The notes below the pieces were generated by a model that worked only from the letters and a program-made list of their open reading frames with translations, made no database searches and was not told where the DNA came from. A program made the position numbers and the translations under genes. From positions 720,001-752,000 of the forward strand of contig NC_006833.1 in NCBI RefSeq assembly GCF_000008385.1: 32,000 nt of DNA. Reading direction: 5' to 3'. Shown here one piece after another: positions 23,117 through 32,000 of this stretch. This DNA comes from Wolbachia endosymbiont strain TRS of Brugia malayi (GTDB taxonomy: Bacteria > Pseudomonadota > Alphaproteobacteria > Rickettsiales > Anaplasmataceae). Each line of letters opens with the position of its first letter. Position 1 is the first letter of the stretch.

Positions 23117-24322
23117 TCAAGCTAACAATGGGCTATCAGGTACATTACCAATTACATTAATCTGATTTAATATCCTATTAGTGGGGTAAAAATAACTTTT
23201 TATAAATTCCTTATATATAGCTGTTAATTTGTGTATATCGTTCACTAATACACACTCGTTTACCTGATGTGAGGTTTTATTAATCATCCCAAATTCAATC
23301 ACTGGACAAACATCTTTAATAAATGCAGCGTCAGATGTGCCACCACTTGTAGCCAGCACAGCATCAATATTGGTAACTTTGTTTATTGCATCAAACATAA
23401 CATCAGTATTTCTATCGGGAGTAGAAAGAAAAGCACCCCTGCTGCTATGCATAGAGAGTTTATAATCGTTAGTTACACTGAAGCATATTTCATCAATCAA
23501 CTTATATAAACCATCAGGTGTTTGCATATTGTTGTATCTAATGTTGAAGCCTGCAGTTATTGAATCAAGTATTACATTGTCAGTACTGTTTCCAACATCG
23601 ATAGTAGTAATTTCGCAATTTGAAGGCTGAAAATATTTATTACCGCCGTCAAAAGTAGTATCTTTTATCCTATTCAATATTGATATCATCTTATATATTG
23701 GATTGTCCGCTAGATCCGGATAAGCAACGTGCCCTTGTTTTCCATGGCAAATTAGCTCAAATGTTGCAGAACCTCTTCTGCCTATTTTTATAGTATCACC
23801 TAATTTCTCACTACTGGTTGGTTCAGCAACTACACAATAATCTATTTTCTTATGCTTACTCTCCATCCATTTCAAAACCGCCTTTGTTCCATATTCTTCC
23901 GTACTTTCTTCAGCACTGGTAATCAACGCACTTATCGAACCGTTGAATCTAAACTTTTCTGCAACTAAATCTACCATAGCAGTAATAAACGCAGCTATCC
24001 CGCTTTTCATGTCAGTTGCCCCTCTCCCATACAACAACCCATCCCTAACTTCTGGACTAAACGGGTCAGATATCCAATCTTTTAATTGACCTGGTGGTAC
24101 AACATCAACATGGCCTGCAAAACACAAATTTTGTACCCCGTTTATATATTTTGCATAAAGATTTTTAACTTTAGTTTTATTATCACCAAACTCTAAAATC
24201 TCACAGTCAAAACCACTTTTCTCGAGGATCGCCGCTATATGCTCTATTGCTCCATCGTCCCTTGGTGTTATACTCTTAAAAGAAATTAATTTCTTAGTTA
24301 GCTCTACAGGATCAATTTTCAT
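23117..24322 (-). CDS. dapE: Succinyl-diaminopimelate desuccinylase (M20 peptidase)
   Basis: 401-aa ORF containing LCFAGHVDVVPPG, GRGATDMKSGIAA and AEEST. The dimerisation-domain layout is typical of DapE. Confidence 0.9.
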   Translation of the reverse strand: MKIDPVELTKKLISFKSITPRDDGAIEHIAAILEKSGFDCEILEFGDNKTKVKNLYAKYINGVQNLCFAGHVDVVPPGQLKDWISDPFSPEVRDGLLYGRGATDMKSGIAAFITAMVDLVAEKFRFNGSISALITSAEESTEEYGTKAVLKWMESKHKKIDYCVVAEPTSSEKLGDTIKIGRRGSATFELICHGKQGHVAYPDLADNPIYKMISILNRIKDTTFDGGNKYFQPSNCEITTIDVGNSTDNVILDSITAGFNIRYNNMQTPDGLYKLIDEICFSVTNDYKLSMHSSRGAFLSTPDRNTDVMFDAINKVTNIDAVLATSGGTSDAAFIKDVCPVIEFGMINKTSHQVNECVLVNDIHKLTAIYKEFIKSYFYPTNRILNQINVIGNVPDSPLLA

Positions 24323-24363
24323 GTCACCTTAAAATACTGATATTACTATATTGTAAACATTTT

Positions 24364-25552
24364 ATGCATTATTTAAAACAAATATTACATCAAACTAAAC
24401 AAACCTCTATAGTAATAGTAGGTCATCACTTTGTAGACAATATCTATGAAATATGCACACAATACGAAAATGATATTTTTTTAGTTGTAGATAAAAATAC
24501 AGCAGAGCTTTTAATAAAAACGTACTCAATAAAACTCCCAACTTAATTATTTCTGGCAATTCTACCGCCTCTCTTGACATCACAAATTCAGTCAGAAATA
24601 AGGTAGAAGATAGTGGTTTAATAGTTGCGTTCGGTAGCAGCACTGTTAATGATGTCTGTAAGTACGCAAACTACCTAGAAGGCAAAAATTACATATCTTT
24701 TCCAACAGCTGCTTCTATGAATGGATATACTTCTGCAAATGCCTCAATATTAGTAGATGGATATAAAAAATCGTTCAAAGCACATCTTCCTAAGCAATAT
24801 ATATCAACATTAATATAACCGCCAATGCACCACCGCGTCTTACACTAAGTGGATCTGCAGATTTCATTTGTCGTTCAACAGTGCAAGCAGACTGTTACTA
24901 TCTCACCTATTACTTGGCACAGAATACAACGAATCACCCTTTACACTTGTCCGCTACCTGGAGCAAATTTTGCTAAGAGAGTATCTAGCGCTTGTTAAAA
25001 GAAGCAAAAAAGTCCTATTACTCATAGAAGCCTTACTGATCTCAGGATTTGGAATGGTAATATCAAAAGGTAGCTATTCTGCAAGCCAAGGAGAGCCATA
25101 ATAGCTCACGCAAATGGTAACAAAAGATTACTCCTCACTACATGGTGAAAAATTGCCGTTACAACGATTACCATGGCTAATTTGCAGGAAAAAAGATTAT
25201 TAATACAAAATCCCATCATCAAACCAACTACTCTAGACACAGAACATATAATTAAGTGTTTTGGTAATACTGAATTTACAAAAATTCTAGAACAAAAAAA
25301 TTCTGCAGCAGAAAATCAAAGAGATCCTTCATAAGGAATGGAGTAATGTTTCCAGTTTAATCAAACAAAATTTATTACCTGCAAAATGTCTGCAGAAAAT
25401 ATTTGAAGATCTGTCAATTCCACATTTACCAGAACACCTCAATTGGAATGAAAGAGCAATATTGCAAAGTGGTAGATCTTGCATTTGCAACAAGAGATAG
25501 ATTCACCTTTCTTGACTTGGCCAACTGCTTAAAAGAAAGTAAAGTATTGTAG
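24364..25552 (+). pseudogene. Iron-containing alcohol dehydrogenase family (sn-glycerol-1-phosphate dehydrogenase-like) pseudogene
   Basis: Family-typical segments appear in three frames, separated by stops and frameshifts. They include VAFGSSTVNDVCKYANY...ISFPTAASMNGYTSANASI, IAANAPPRLTLSGSADFICRSTVQADCYYL, ...SLHGEKIAVTTITMANLQE and ...DLAFATRDRFTFLDLA. Confidence 0.6.
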
Positions 25553-25559
25553 CTAAAAC

Positions 25560-26646
25560 AATAAAAAAAAATCATTGATACTTTATTCCTTGTTGATCGT
25601 TCTATTTTGCTTCCCAACTCCAGTTCTAAGAGAGCCATCAAAGCCAAGTTTAGATAACCCACTTATTGAGATGAGCCCATCTATACCAATGGAGACAGAG
25701 TTGACATGATTAACTATAACAGATCTTGTTTGTTATAATTTTTCTATTTTTGGTTAACAGGACAATGCTCAATATTAAACAGGCTTTTTTGCCAAGAAGG
25801 TAAATTAAACCTCACACTTTCTATTATATCATTAGCAGATTCGATAAGTTTAGCACCTTTCTTATTAGATAACTGCTACCAATAGAGCGCAAATCTAAAA
25901 GAAAACCAGAAACCACAAACACTTCCCTTACCTGATCCAAAGCAAAATTTGCTGTTATTAGGGAACCAGAACTTTTCGATGCTTCAATTACCGTTACACT
26001 TAGCAATAAATCAGATATAATCCGATTCTTCTGAGAAAAATGCTGAGGTTTTGGTTTAGTAGCAAATGGAAGCTCAGTAATTACTAATCTACCATTTTCA
26101 GCGATTTTCTTGTATAGATCAAAATTTTCTCTTGGATACACTACATCAATTCCGCTTGCTGTGACAGCAATAATTAGATGATTTTGTATATTATGCTGTT
26201 CACCACAGTGTCTATCCCTCTTACAAGCTCAGAAACAATAACAAAACCAGCTTCGCTTAAATCAAGTGCCAGCTTACTGGCAAAATTTCTTCCATTTACT
26301 GAAGAGTTACGTCTACCAATTATTATAATCATCTCACAGCTTAATAATGACACATCACCAAGCGCAGTTATTACAGAGGATAACCCGGTATATTCCCTAA
26401 AATGTTGGGGTAATCTAGACCACATTCAGGCATGATTTTAGCCAGAATTTTTCTGTATCATTGATTTCTTTTCGCGCATCCTGAATGCTATATACCTTTT
26501 TATCGTTTAGTGAGTTCATCGAAACATTCTAATGCCTCATCCAATGGCCACGTGTTTTTAGCATACTAAAAAACTTTTTCGGTCCCGAGGTTCTGTAGGC
26601 TCAGCCATATTTTCAATTTCTCACTGTTCAATTTATTTATCTTCAT
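25560..26646 (-). pseudogene. dprA: DNA-processing protein DprA/Smf pseudogene
   Basis: Minus-strand fragments cover the whole protein. These are the N-terminus MKINKLNSEKLKIWLSLQNLGTEKVF, IIIIGRRNSSVNGRNFASKLALDLSEAGFVIVSELVRGIDT, YPRENFDLYKKIAENGRLVITELPF...PQHFSQKNRIISDLLLSVTVIEASKSSGSLITANFALDQVREVFVV and the C-terminal LALMALLELELGSKIER. Several frameshifts and stops separate them. Confidence 0.7.
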
Positions 26647-26773
26647 AAAAGAACGTTTTTCCAATTACTTAAAAGATACCCAATATTTATCAGCATTTAA
26701 GCTATAATACAACCAAAAGACTTGAATTTCTTATTAGTTCAGTGTACCTAAAATTATAAATATGTAGTACTTT

Positions 26774-27148
26774 ATGACGCATTTTGTTACAGATAAATGC
26801 ATAAAATGTAAATATACGGATTGTGTGGAAGTGTGTCCTGTCGACTGTTTCTATGAAGGCAAAAACATGCTCGTAATCAATCCTGATGAATGTATTGATT
26901 GCGGAGTGTGCATACCTGAATGTCCAGTAGATGCAATCGTAACCGACGACTCTATAAAAGACATTTTAGAACTAGATGAAGAGTTACTGAGCAATGAACA
27001 AAAAACCTTCAAATCATTTTATAACATAAACATAGAATACTCGCAAAAGTGGCCAAATATCACAGCTAAAAAGCAACCTCTCCATACTGCAGAAAAATAT
27101 AAAGAAAAAAAAGACAAAACAGCTTATTTCAACGAAAATCTAGAGTAA
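26774..27148 (+). CDS. fdxA: Ferredoxin, 7Fe type (3Fe-4S + 4Fe-4S)
   Basis: 124-aa ORF starting [29 protein letters not shown], followed by [16 protein letters not shown]. Confidence 0.92.
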   Translation: MTHFVTDKCIKCKYTDCVEVCPVDCFYEGKNMLVINPDECIDCGVCIPECPVDAIVTDDSIKDILELDEELLSNEQKTFKSFYNINIEYSQKWPNITAKKQPLHTAEKYKEKKDKTAYFNENLE

Positions 27149-27324
27149 TGCTACTGAAGGAAAAAGAAACTTCTTGTACCTCATGGTTTGGTTGCTGATT
27201 ATAGTTGTGTTATTTATGTTCTTGATAACATACAATATTAACTTGAAAATAGGTTAAGTAATACAGTAATTTTACTACTATTAACTGTTAACAGGTATAT
27301 TAGACGATCATATGGAGGATAAAA

Positions 27325-27865
27325 ATGGATGTTAAAGTAAACTAGGCGGAAATTACTAAACGTGTTGCAGCGCATATAGTTGACCATACGATATTCCTAA
27401 TCTTCTATCCATCATCTTTATTAATTTCATTTTTTTATTAATTTCATTTCTATTACCAGAAGAACCTCTTGCTGACTCTTTAAATCATGTCTTTCCTGAC
27501 ACTGATACTGACCTTATATTAGAACGACATGAAATATTAGAAGACTTAAGTATATTAAGAAATTTTATTCTATATAGTATTAGAAGTATTAATGATAACA
27601 AGACTTGGCTGGACTTAGGGAAAATTGTTACTTGGTATATATAAAAGATGCAAATACACTTAAAAACACTGCTTTACTGCAAATAGTAGTAAGAAGTACT
27701 CTCAAGGTGCTTTTGTTTGTACTCTTCTATATTTCTGAGTGGTTTCTAATTTTATTAATATTAGTTTTAATATTTGCAGCACTTGATAAATACAAGCAGT
27801 TCTTTCACGATAAAATTGCAAACACATTAGTAATAGAGTATAAACCCCTGAAGAATATTATTTAA
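27325..27865 (+). pseudogene. RDD-family membrane protein pseudogene, tandem copy A
   Basis: The N-terminus MDVKVN*AEITKRVAAHIVDHTIFLIF has a TAG at the position that is Tyr in copy B. The C-terminus is ...KQFFHDKIANTLVI. Internal frameshifts are present, plus a 17-bp-period tandem duplication (ttattaatttcattt twice) at 27418-27449. Confidence 0.55.
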
Positions 27866-27873
27866 ATCTAAGC

Positions 27874-28363
27874 TATGTGGGAGTAACTAGACGTGTACAG
27901 CACATATTATTGACCATCTTATTATTATGGGAATTTCTTCAGTCTGTTTGATTCTTGTAGGAACAATCTCTCACATCGCTGGATCTAAGTCATTCATTAC
28001 ACGTAGTTGCTTATCTTTTTTGCTATCGATAGTATTCGGAGCATTCATGATAAGAAGATTTGGTGGTACTTCAGGGCAATTGTTGTGCAATATTAATTAA
28101 AAGATGCAAATACATTTTTAAATATCACTCCAGTGCAAACAATAATTAGGCATGTCTCGTTTGAAGTTATTTACTTTCCTATATTTTTCATGAGAAGGAA
28201 TTTTTTTATAAGTATATCTCTAATAGTAGTTTGACTCCTCATTAGGTTTAATCTTTATGATCATAATACTAATTTTCATATGTGCATATTTAACCGACGC
28301 AAGCAGTTTTTTCATGATAAAATTGCAAGGACAGTGGCAACAACCCATAAATCTTCAAGATAA
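27874..28363 (+). pseudogene. RDD-family membrane protein pseudogene, tandem copy B
   Basis: YVGVTRRV is followed by a 1-nt deletion relative to copy A, then AHIIDHLIIMG...FGGTSGQLLCNIN*KDANTFLN...KQFFHDKIARTV. The nucleotide sequence is visibly paralogous to copy A (aaaagatgcaaatacayt, cagttyttycaygataaaattgcaa). There is no usable start codon. Confidence 0.55.
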
Positions 28364-28387
28364 TTTTCTCTTCTATTTACGAAGTTC

Positions 28388-29407
28388 ATGTATGTAGTCA
28401 TAATTAATATAGTTCTTCTAAAAGTGCTTATGGTCCTAACTATAACAATTTTAAGCGGTGGATTTTCTCGTGAAAGGAAAATATCATTGATGAGTGGAAA
28501 AGCAGTAAAGAAGGCGCTTGATAGCCTTTCATATAATGCAATAGAAATAGACGTTAACAGCAACACTGCTGAAAAGCTTAAAAAAATTAATCCTGACCTT
28601 GCTTTTATTGCTCTACATGGGCCTTATGGCGAAGATGGCTGCATTCAAGGTTTATTGGAGATCTTAGGTATAAAATATACACACTCTGGAGTTATGGCTT
28701 CAGCTATTGCTATGAATAAAGCAATGTCTAAGCATATATTCCGATCCCTTGGTATTGATACTCCAAAAGGGTACATAATCAGTCGAGGAGATATACTAAA
28801 AAATAATATTAAAATTGATTATCCATATGTCTTAAAACCCATTAATGAAGGTTCAAGTATTGGAGTGCACATAACTTTCTCGCATGAGGATTATTTAAAA
28901 TTAAAAAACATGTTTAGTGTCATTCCAGTGCATGACGCTGGAATTGAGGAAGAAGAACCAGTTTGGATAACAAGAGATTTGATGATCATAGAAGAATACA
29001 TACCAGGTATAGAGTTACACACTGCCGTGTTACTAGATGAAGCAGCTGGCACTATGGAAATAAGACCAAAAAATAAATTCTATGACTATAAAGCAAAATA
29101 CACAAACGGGTTTGCAGAGCACATATTTCCTGCTGAAATTCCTGACAACATATATGAAATGACCTTGGAACATGCATTGAAAGTTCATCGATTTCTAGGA
29201 TGTAAAACTATTTCTCGCTCAGATTTTCGCTATAATCCTAAGGATAATACTCTAAAAATGCTTGAGATCAATACACACCCTGGCTTTACTGAATTATCGT
29301 TAGTACCAGAAATTGCAAAATTGACAAAAGGAATTGATTTTAATGAATTAGTTAAAATTATTATTGAAGATAGTCTACAGCACAAAAAAATATTAGAGAT
29401 CAAGTAA
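28388..29407 (+). CDS. ddl: D-alanine--D-alanine ligase
   Basis: ATP-grasp Ddl with ILSGGFSRERKISLMSG, LHGPYGEDGCIQGLLE, LKPINEGSSIGV and EINTHPGFTELSLVP. The likely true start is the ATG at 28430 (MVLTITILSGG). It contains a roughly 15-aa insertion. Confidence 0.9.
   Translation: MYVVIINIVLLKVLMVLTITILSGGFSRERKISLMSGKAVKKALDSLSYNAIEIDVNSNTAEKLKKINPDLAFIALHGPYGEDGCIQGLLEILGIKYTHSGVMASAIAMNKAMSKHIFRSLGIDTPKGYIISRGDILKNNIKIDYPYVLKPINEGSSIGVHITFSHEDYLKLKNMFSVIPVHDAGIEEEEPVWITRDLMIIEEYIPGIELHTAVLLDEAAGTMEIRPKNKFYDYKAKYTNGFAEHIFPAEIPDNIYEMTLEHALKVHRFLGCKTISRSDFRYNPKDNTLKMLEINTHPGFTELSLVPEIAKLTKGIDFNELVKIIIEDSLQHKKILEIK
28922..28944. repeat. Short palindromic element inside ddl sharing the ATTCCAGTG motif with the xerC insert
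   Basis: The sequence attccagtg-catga-cgctggaat forms a 9-bp stem with one T.G mismatch. It encodes VIPVHDAGI within the extra segment FSVIPVHDAGIEEEEPVWI. Confidence 0.5.
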
Positions 29408-30166
29408 ATGTTGAGTAATATTACCAGAAGTCAAAGGAGTTTTTTACATAAGTGTGCTTTGGTTATCATAACAGCACTCTTTTTTACGTTAGTATTCTAT
29501 AGCTCACTTGATAAAATCACAAGTCGATTTAATCATTATCTCACTTGGTGTAATGACTATTTATCTAGTCTACTACTCAGTAGTGGATTTTCAATCGATG
29601 AAGTAGTTGTAAATGGCAATAAATTTACAAATGAGAAGGACATTTTAAATCTGGTAAATAAAACGCAGCCAATTATATATATATCACCTTCAAAGCTTGC
29701 TGATAGCATACAATCCGTGAGCAAATGGATAAAGCACGTAAGAATTCATAGAATTTTGCCTAACACTCTATACATTAATGTAGATGAACATAAACCGTTT
29801 GCTCTATGGAAAGATAATAACAAAACTTCAGTAATTGATTCCGAAGGTAAAGTGATTGTAGATGATTATCCTACAGATAACTTTATCGTAATTACAGGAC
29901 AAAACGCACTATCAAACCTAAAATTCATTAAAGATATACTAGAAAGCAAAACTCAATTAAGTGATCACATTTCTTCTTGTATTTATGTAGAAAATAGAAG
30001 ATGGAACATCATACTTGATAACGGCTCCACAGTAAAATTGCCTGAAGATGATCCTCATAGTGCATGGAATTATTTAAATCACTTACAAAATACAACCGAT
30101 TTTACTTTTAGCGATTGGAGTATAATTGATATGCGTATTATCGATAAAATCTTTATAAAGAGATAA
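29408..30166 (+). CDS. ftsQ: Cell division protein FtsQ
   Basis: 252-aa ORF starting directly after the ddl stop (TAAATG). It has one N-terminal TM helix (ALVIITALFFTLVFY) and a POTRA-like segment (IDEVVVNGNKFTNEKDIL...). The position after ddl is canonical. Confidence 0.8.
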   Translation: MLSNITRSQRSFLHKCALVIITALFFTLVFYSSLDKITSRFNHYLTWCNDYLSSLLLSSGFSIDEVVVNGNKFTNEKDILNLVNKTQPIIYISPSKLADSIQSVSKWIKHVRIHRILPNTLYINVDEHKPFALWKDNNKTSVIDSEGKVIVDDYPTDNFIVITGQNALSNLKFIKDILESKTQLSDHISSCIYVENRRWNIILDNGSTVKLPEDDPHSAWNYLNHLQNTTDFTFSDWSIIDMRIIDKIFIKR

Positions 30167-30249
30167 TCCTACTCCTTCCTCTTCATCTAAATTTTATGTA
30201 ATAATGCTTCTATGATGTTATCCCAGCGTTACGCGCTACCATCAGCGGT

Positions 30250-30400
30250 AGATTTAAATTTACAAACATTAATAAACTTACCAAATAGAAAAAAAAGGCA
30301 AAAGACACCACATAGTAGATAGGGTTTACTAGATTAAATAACTAAACACCTTCATTGCTATGATAAGGAGGCTGGAGAAGTTTATCAAGCGGTTTTTTTG
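30250..30400 (-). repeat. Copy 3 (shorter, more diverged) of the dispersed intergenic repeat
   Basis: 30278-30305 ttaccaaatagaaaaaaaaggcaaaaga matches the reverse complement of 15749-15774, and 385-405 in copy 1. Weaker similarity continues to about 30395 (gtttatcaagcggttt vs ctttataagcgcgttt). Confidence 0.5.
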
Positions 30401-30488
30401 TAGCTTTGCTTTCTCATGGCTGTAATATTCATAGCAAAAGACCTAATAACATGTATACTTTATTAAGTAGCTTATGTAGTAAATCATC

Positions 30489-31177
30489 ATGAAACTAGGC
30501 ATTAATATCGACCACGTTGCAACCCTTCGCAACACACGTGGCCCCCTTATCCAGATCCATTGAAAGCCGCAGAAATAGCCATTAACGCCGGGGCAGATTT
30601 TATCACTGTACACTTACGAGAAGATAGAGGCATATCAGAGACGAAGATGTGTTTACCCTGAAAAAAAACACTAATACTGAACTAAACCTTGAAATTGCAG
30701 TCACGGAAGAAATGCTTGAAATAGCAAAAAAGTAAAACCTTATTCAATTAACATAGTACCAGAAAAAAGGGAAGAATTAACAACTGAAGGTGGTCTGGAT
30801 ATAATTAACATGTATAGTAAACTTTCTAGTATAATAGAAGAGGTGCATAATTTTGATATAAAGGTTTCATTGTTTATCAATCCAAATATTAATCAACTAA
30901 AATATCTTGAAAAGTCAGAAATAAAGCCTGACATAGTAGAAATCCATACAGGTGGTTACTGCAATAATCCATTAGAAAAAAAACTAAAATTAATTACCAA
31001 TACTGCAGAGTATATTAATGCCATGCAGAGCATGGCATAACTTATAAACACGCTCAAAGAATGAAAGAAATACCCCACATTTCAACTCTGAATATAGGCT
31101 ACTCTTTAATCAGCGAAGCTATATTTGATGGGTTATACAGCGTAGTAAAAACAATGAAGATGATAATATCTAACTAA
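30489..31177 (+). pseudogene. pdxJ: Pyridoxine 5'-phosphate synthase pseudogene
   Basis: Strong PdxJ sequence is spread over all three frames. Segments are [57 protein letters not shown]...[39 protein letters not shown]...VSLFINP...IVEIHTGGY and HGITY...[24 protein letters not shown]. At least four frameshifts separate them. Confidence 0.8.
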
Positions 31178-31481
31178 TTACTTCTTCTTTCTCCTTATTT
31201 AAAATACTTAAAAGAGTTTGGCTTGCTTTAAACTTCACTCTTGTCTTTTGAGGAACAGTCATGATTTCACCATTCTGAGGATTACGACATTGCTTCTCCT
31301 GGCTTATAGCAGTAGAAAATGTGCCTATTCCATGCAGGCGTATTTCACCTTCCTCATCTAGTTTACCCTTTATTATTTTCATAAGCGCATCAAAAATCTT
31401 GCTCAAATCAGACTTTGTTATTTCTACATCTTGACTAGAACAAGCTTGTTTTAATTTATTTATTATGTCTTCTTTACTCAT
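31170..31481 (-). CDS. HU/IHF-family DNA-binding protein
   Basis: 103-aa ORF with GIGTF...[22 protein letters not shown], a typical HU beta-arm. Its 3' end overlaps the pdxJ remnant by 8 nt. Confidence 0.88.
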   Translation of the reverse strand: MSKEDIINKLKQACSSQDVEITKSDLSKIFDALMKIIKGKLDEEGEIRLHGIGTFSTAISQEKQCRNPQNGEIMTVPQKTRVKFKASQTLLSILNKEKEEVIS

Positions 31482-31628
31482 AAATTACCTTAATATTGAA
31501 AAAATTACACAAACAGCATATTACGTTCATAACGATAGTCAACTAAATTTATCATGAAAATAGAATATACTATGCATTTTTTTTAACATTTGTATAATAT
31601 ACACAAAAAAAATATCACTACAAAATAA

Positions 31629-32000
31629 TTATCTCTTAGAAAATTGATATTTTGCCCGAGCTCCACGTTGACCATATTTCTTACGTTCTTTAACACACGA
31701 GTTTCGTGTTAAATACCCACTCTTACGTAATATAGAATATAAATCTTGGCTTATTTTACTTAAAGCTTTGCTTATTCCATGAGCTAATGCACCTGCTTGA
31801 CCAGATAGTCCTCCACCTTTTACAGTTGCAAATACATCATATTTATCTAGCGTAGATGTTACAATAAGTGGCATTTTCACTATTTGGCACACTGACTCTC
31901 TCTTAAAGTAAGAGAGCAGCTTGTCTTGCTGATTAACGCTGAACTTTCCACTTCCTGATTTTATCCATACTCTTGCCGCAGATTCTTTTCTTCGACCTGT
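31629..32000 (-). CDS. rpsI: 30S ribosomal protein S9, partial (N-terminus beyond window edge)
   Basis: The C-terminus reads GGGLSGQAGALAHGISKAL...RKKYGQRGARAKYQFSKR. The frame stays open upstream of the track's GVG-type start, reading TGRRKESAARVWIKSGSGKFSVNQQDKLLSYFKRESV to position 32000. Confidence 0.9.
   Translation of the reverse strand, partial: TGRRKESAARVWIKSGSGKFSVNQQDKLLSYFKRESVCQIVKMPLIVTSTLDKYDVFATVKGGGLSGQAGALAHGISKALSKISQDLYSILRKSGYLTRNSCVKERKKYGQRGARAKYQFSKR

Noticed and set aside
30810-31040. 76-aa ORF as an independent small gene
   Set aside because: It is the central in-frame piece of the pdxJ pseudogene (VSLFINP...IVEIHTGGY). Likewise, 24364-24546 and 24868-25101 are pieces of the dehydrogenase pseudogene. 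25426-25662, 25824-26141 and 26174-26425 are pieces of dprA.
31581-31610. Perfect palindrome tgtata-a-tataca preceded by ttttaacat, considered as a dif (XerCD) site
   Set aside because: Only the XerD-arm-like ttttaacat resembles the reverse complement of the E. coli dif arm. The central region and the XerC arm do not match. In an AT-rich promoter region this is just as likely a -10-like element. A similar weak hit at 26185-26215 (tgtatattatgc) lies inside the dprA remnant.
31629-31892. rpsI beginning at the track's alternative start at 31892
   Set aside because: The frame continues open upstream with canonical S9 N-terminal sequence (RRKESAARVWIKSGSGKF...) to the window edge, so the gene is simply truncated by the window.

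Overview
AT-rich, gene-dense window. Gene content and order point to a Rickettsiales/Anaplasmataceae endosymbiont, most likely Wolbachia; this is inferred from protein sequences, an ankyrin-repeat gene and in-frame palindromic inserts, with no database search. The backbone is ordinary housekeeping. It comprises ligA, surE, the lon-clpX-clpP-tig block with tRNA-Leu(UAG), a BON lipoprotein, gshB, murG, two lpdA paralogs, xerC-like recombinase, trxB plus a 2-Cys peroxiredoxin, dapE, fdxA, ddl-ftsQ, an HU-like protein and partial rpsI. I found no CRISPR array, intact IS/transposase, prophage module, toxin-antitoxin pair or recognisable defence operon, and I cannot support a novel multi-gene system here. 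Four things are unusual. (1) A dispersed 0.2-0.5 kb non-coding repeat occurs in three intergenic copies, two of them inverted and bracketing about 14.7 kb (ligA to lpdA). (2) Short palindromic elements sharing an ATTCCAGTG motif sit in frame inside intact xerC (about 85 extra aa) and ddl (about 15 extra aa), resembling the RPE/WPE class of coding palindromic repeats. (3) Pseudogene load is high: BamB-like, ankyrin-repeat, G1PDH-like dehydrogenase, dprA, two tandem RDD genes, pdxJ and an OMP fragment. These cluster at 19.7-21.3 kb and 24.4-31.2 kb, while neighbouring essential genes stay intact. (4) The dcw cluster is fragmented. All coordinates for degraded genes and repeats are approximate and aligned by eye.
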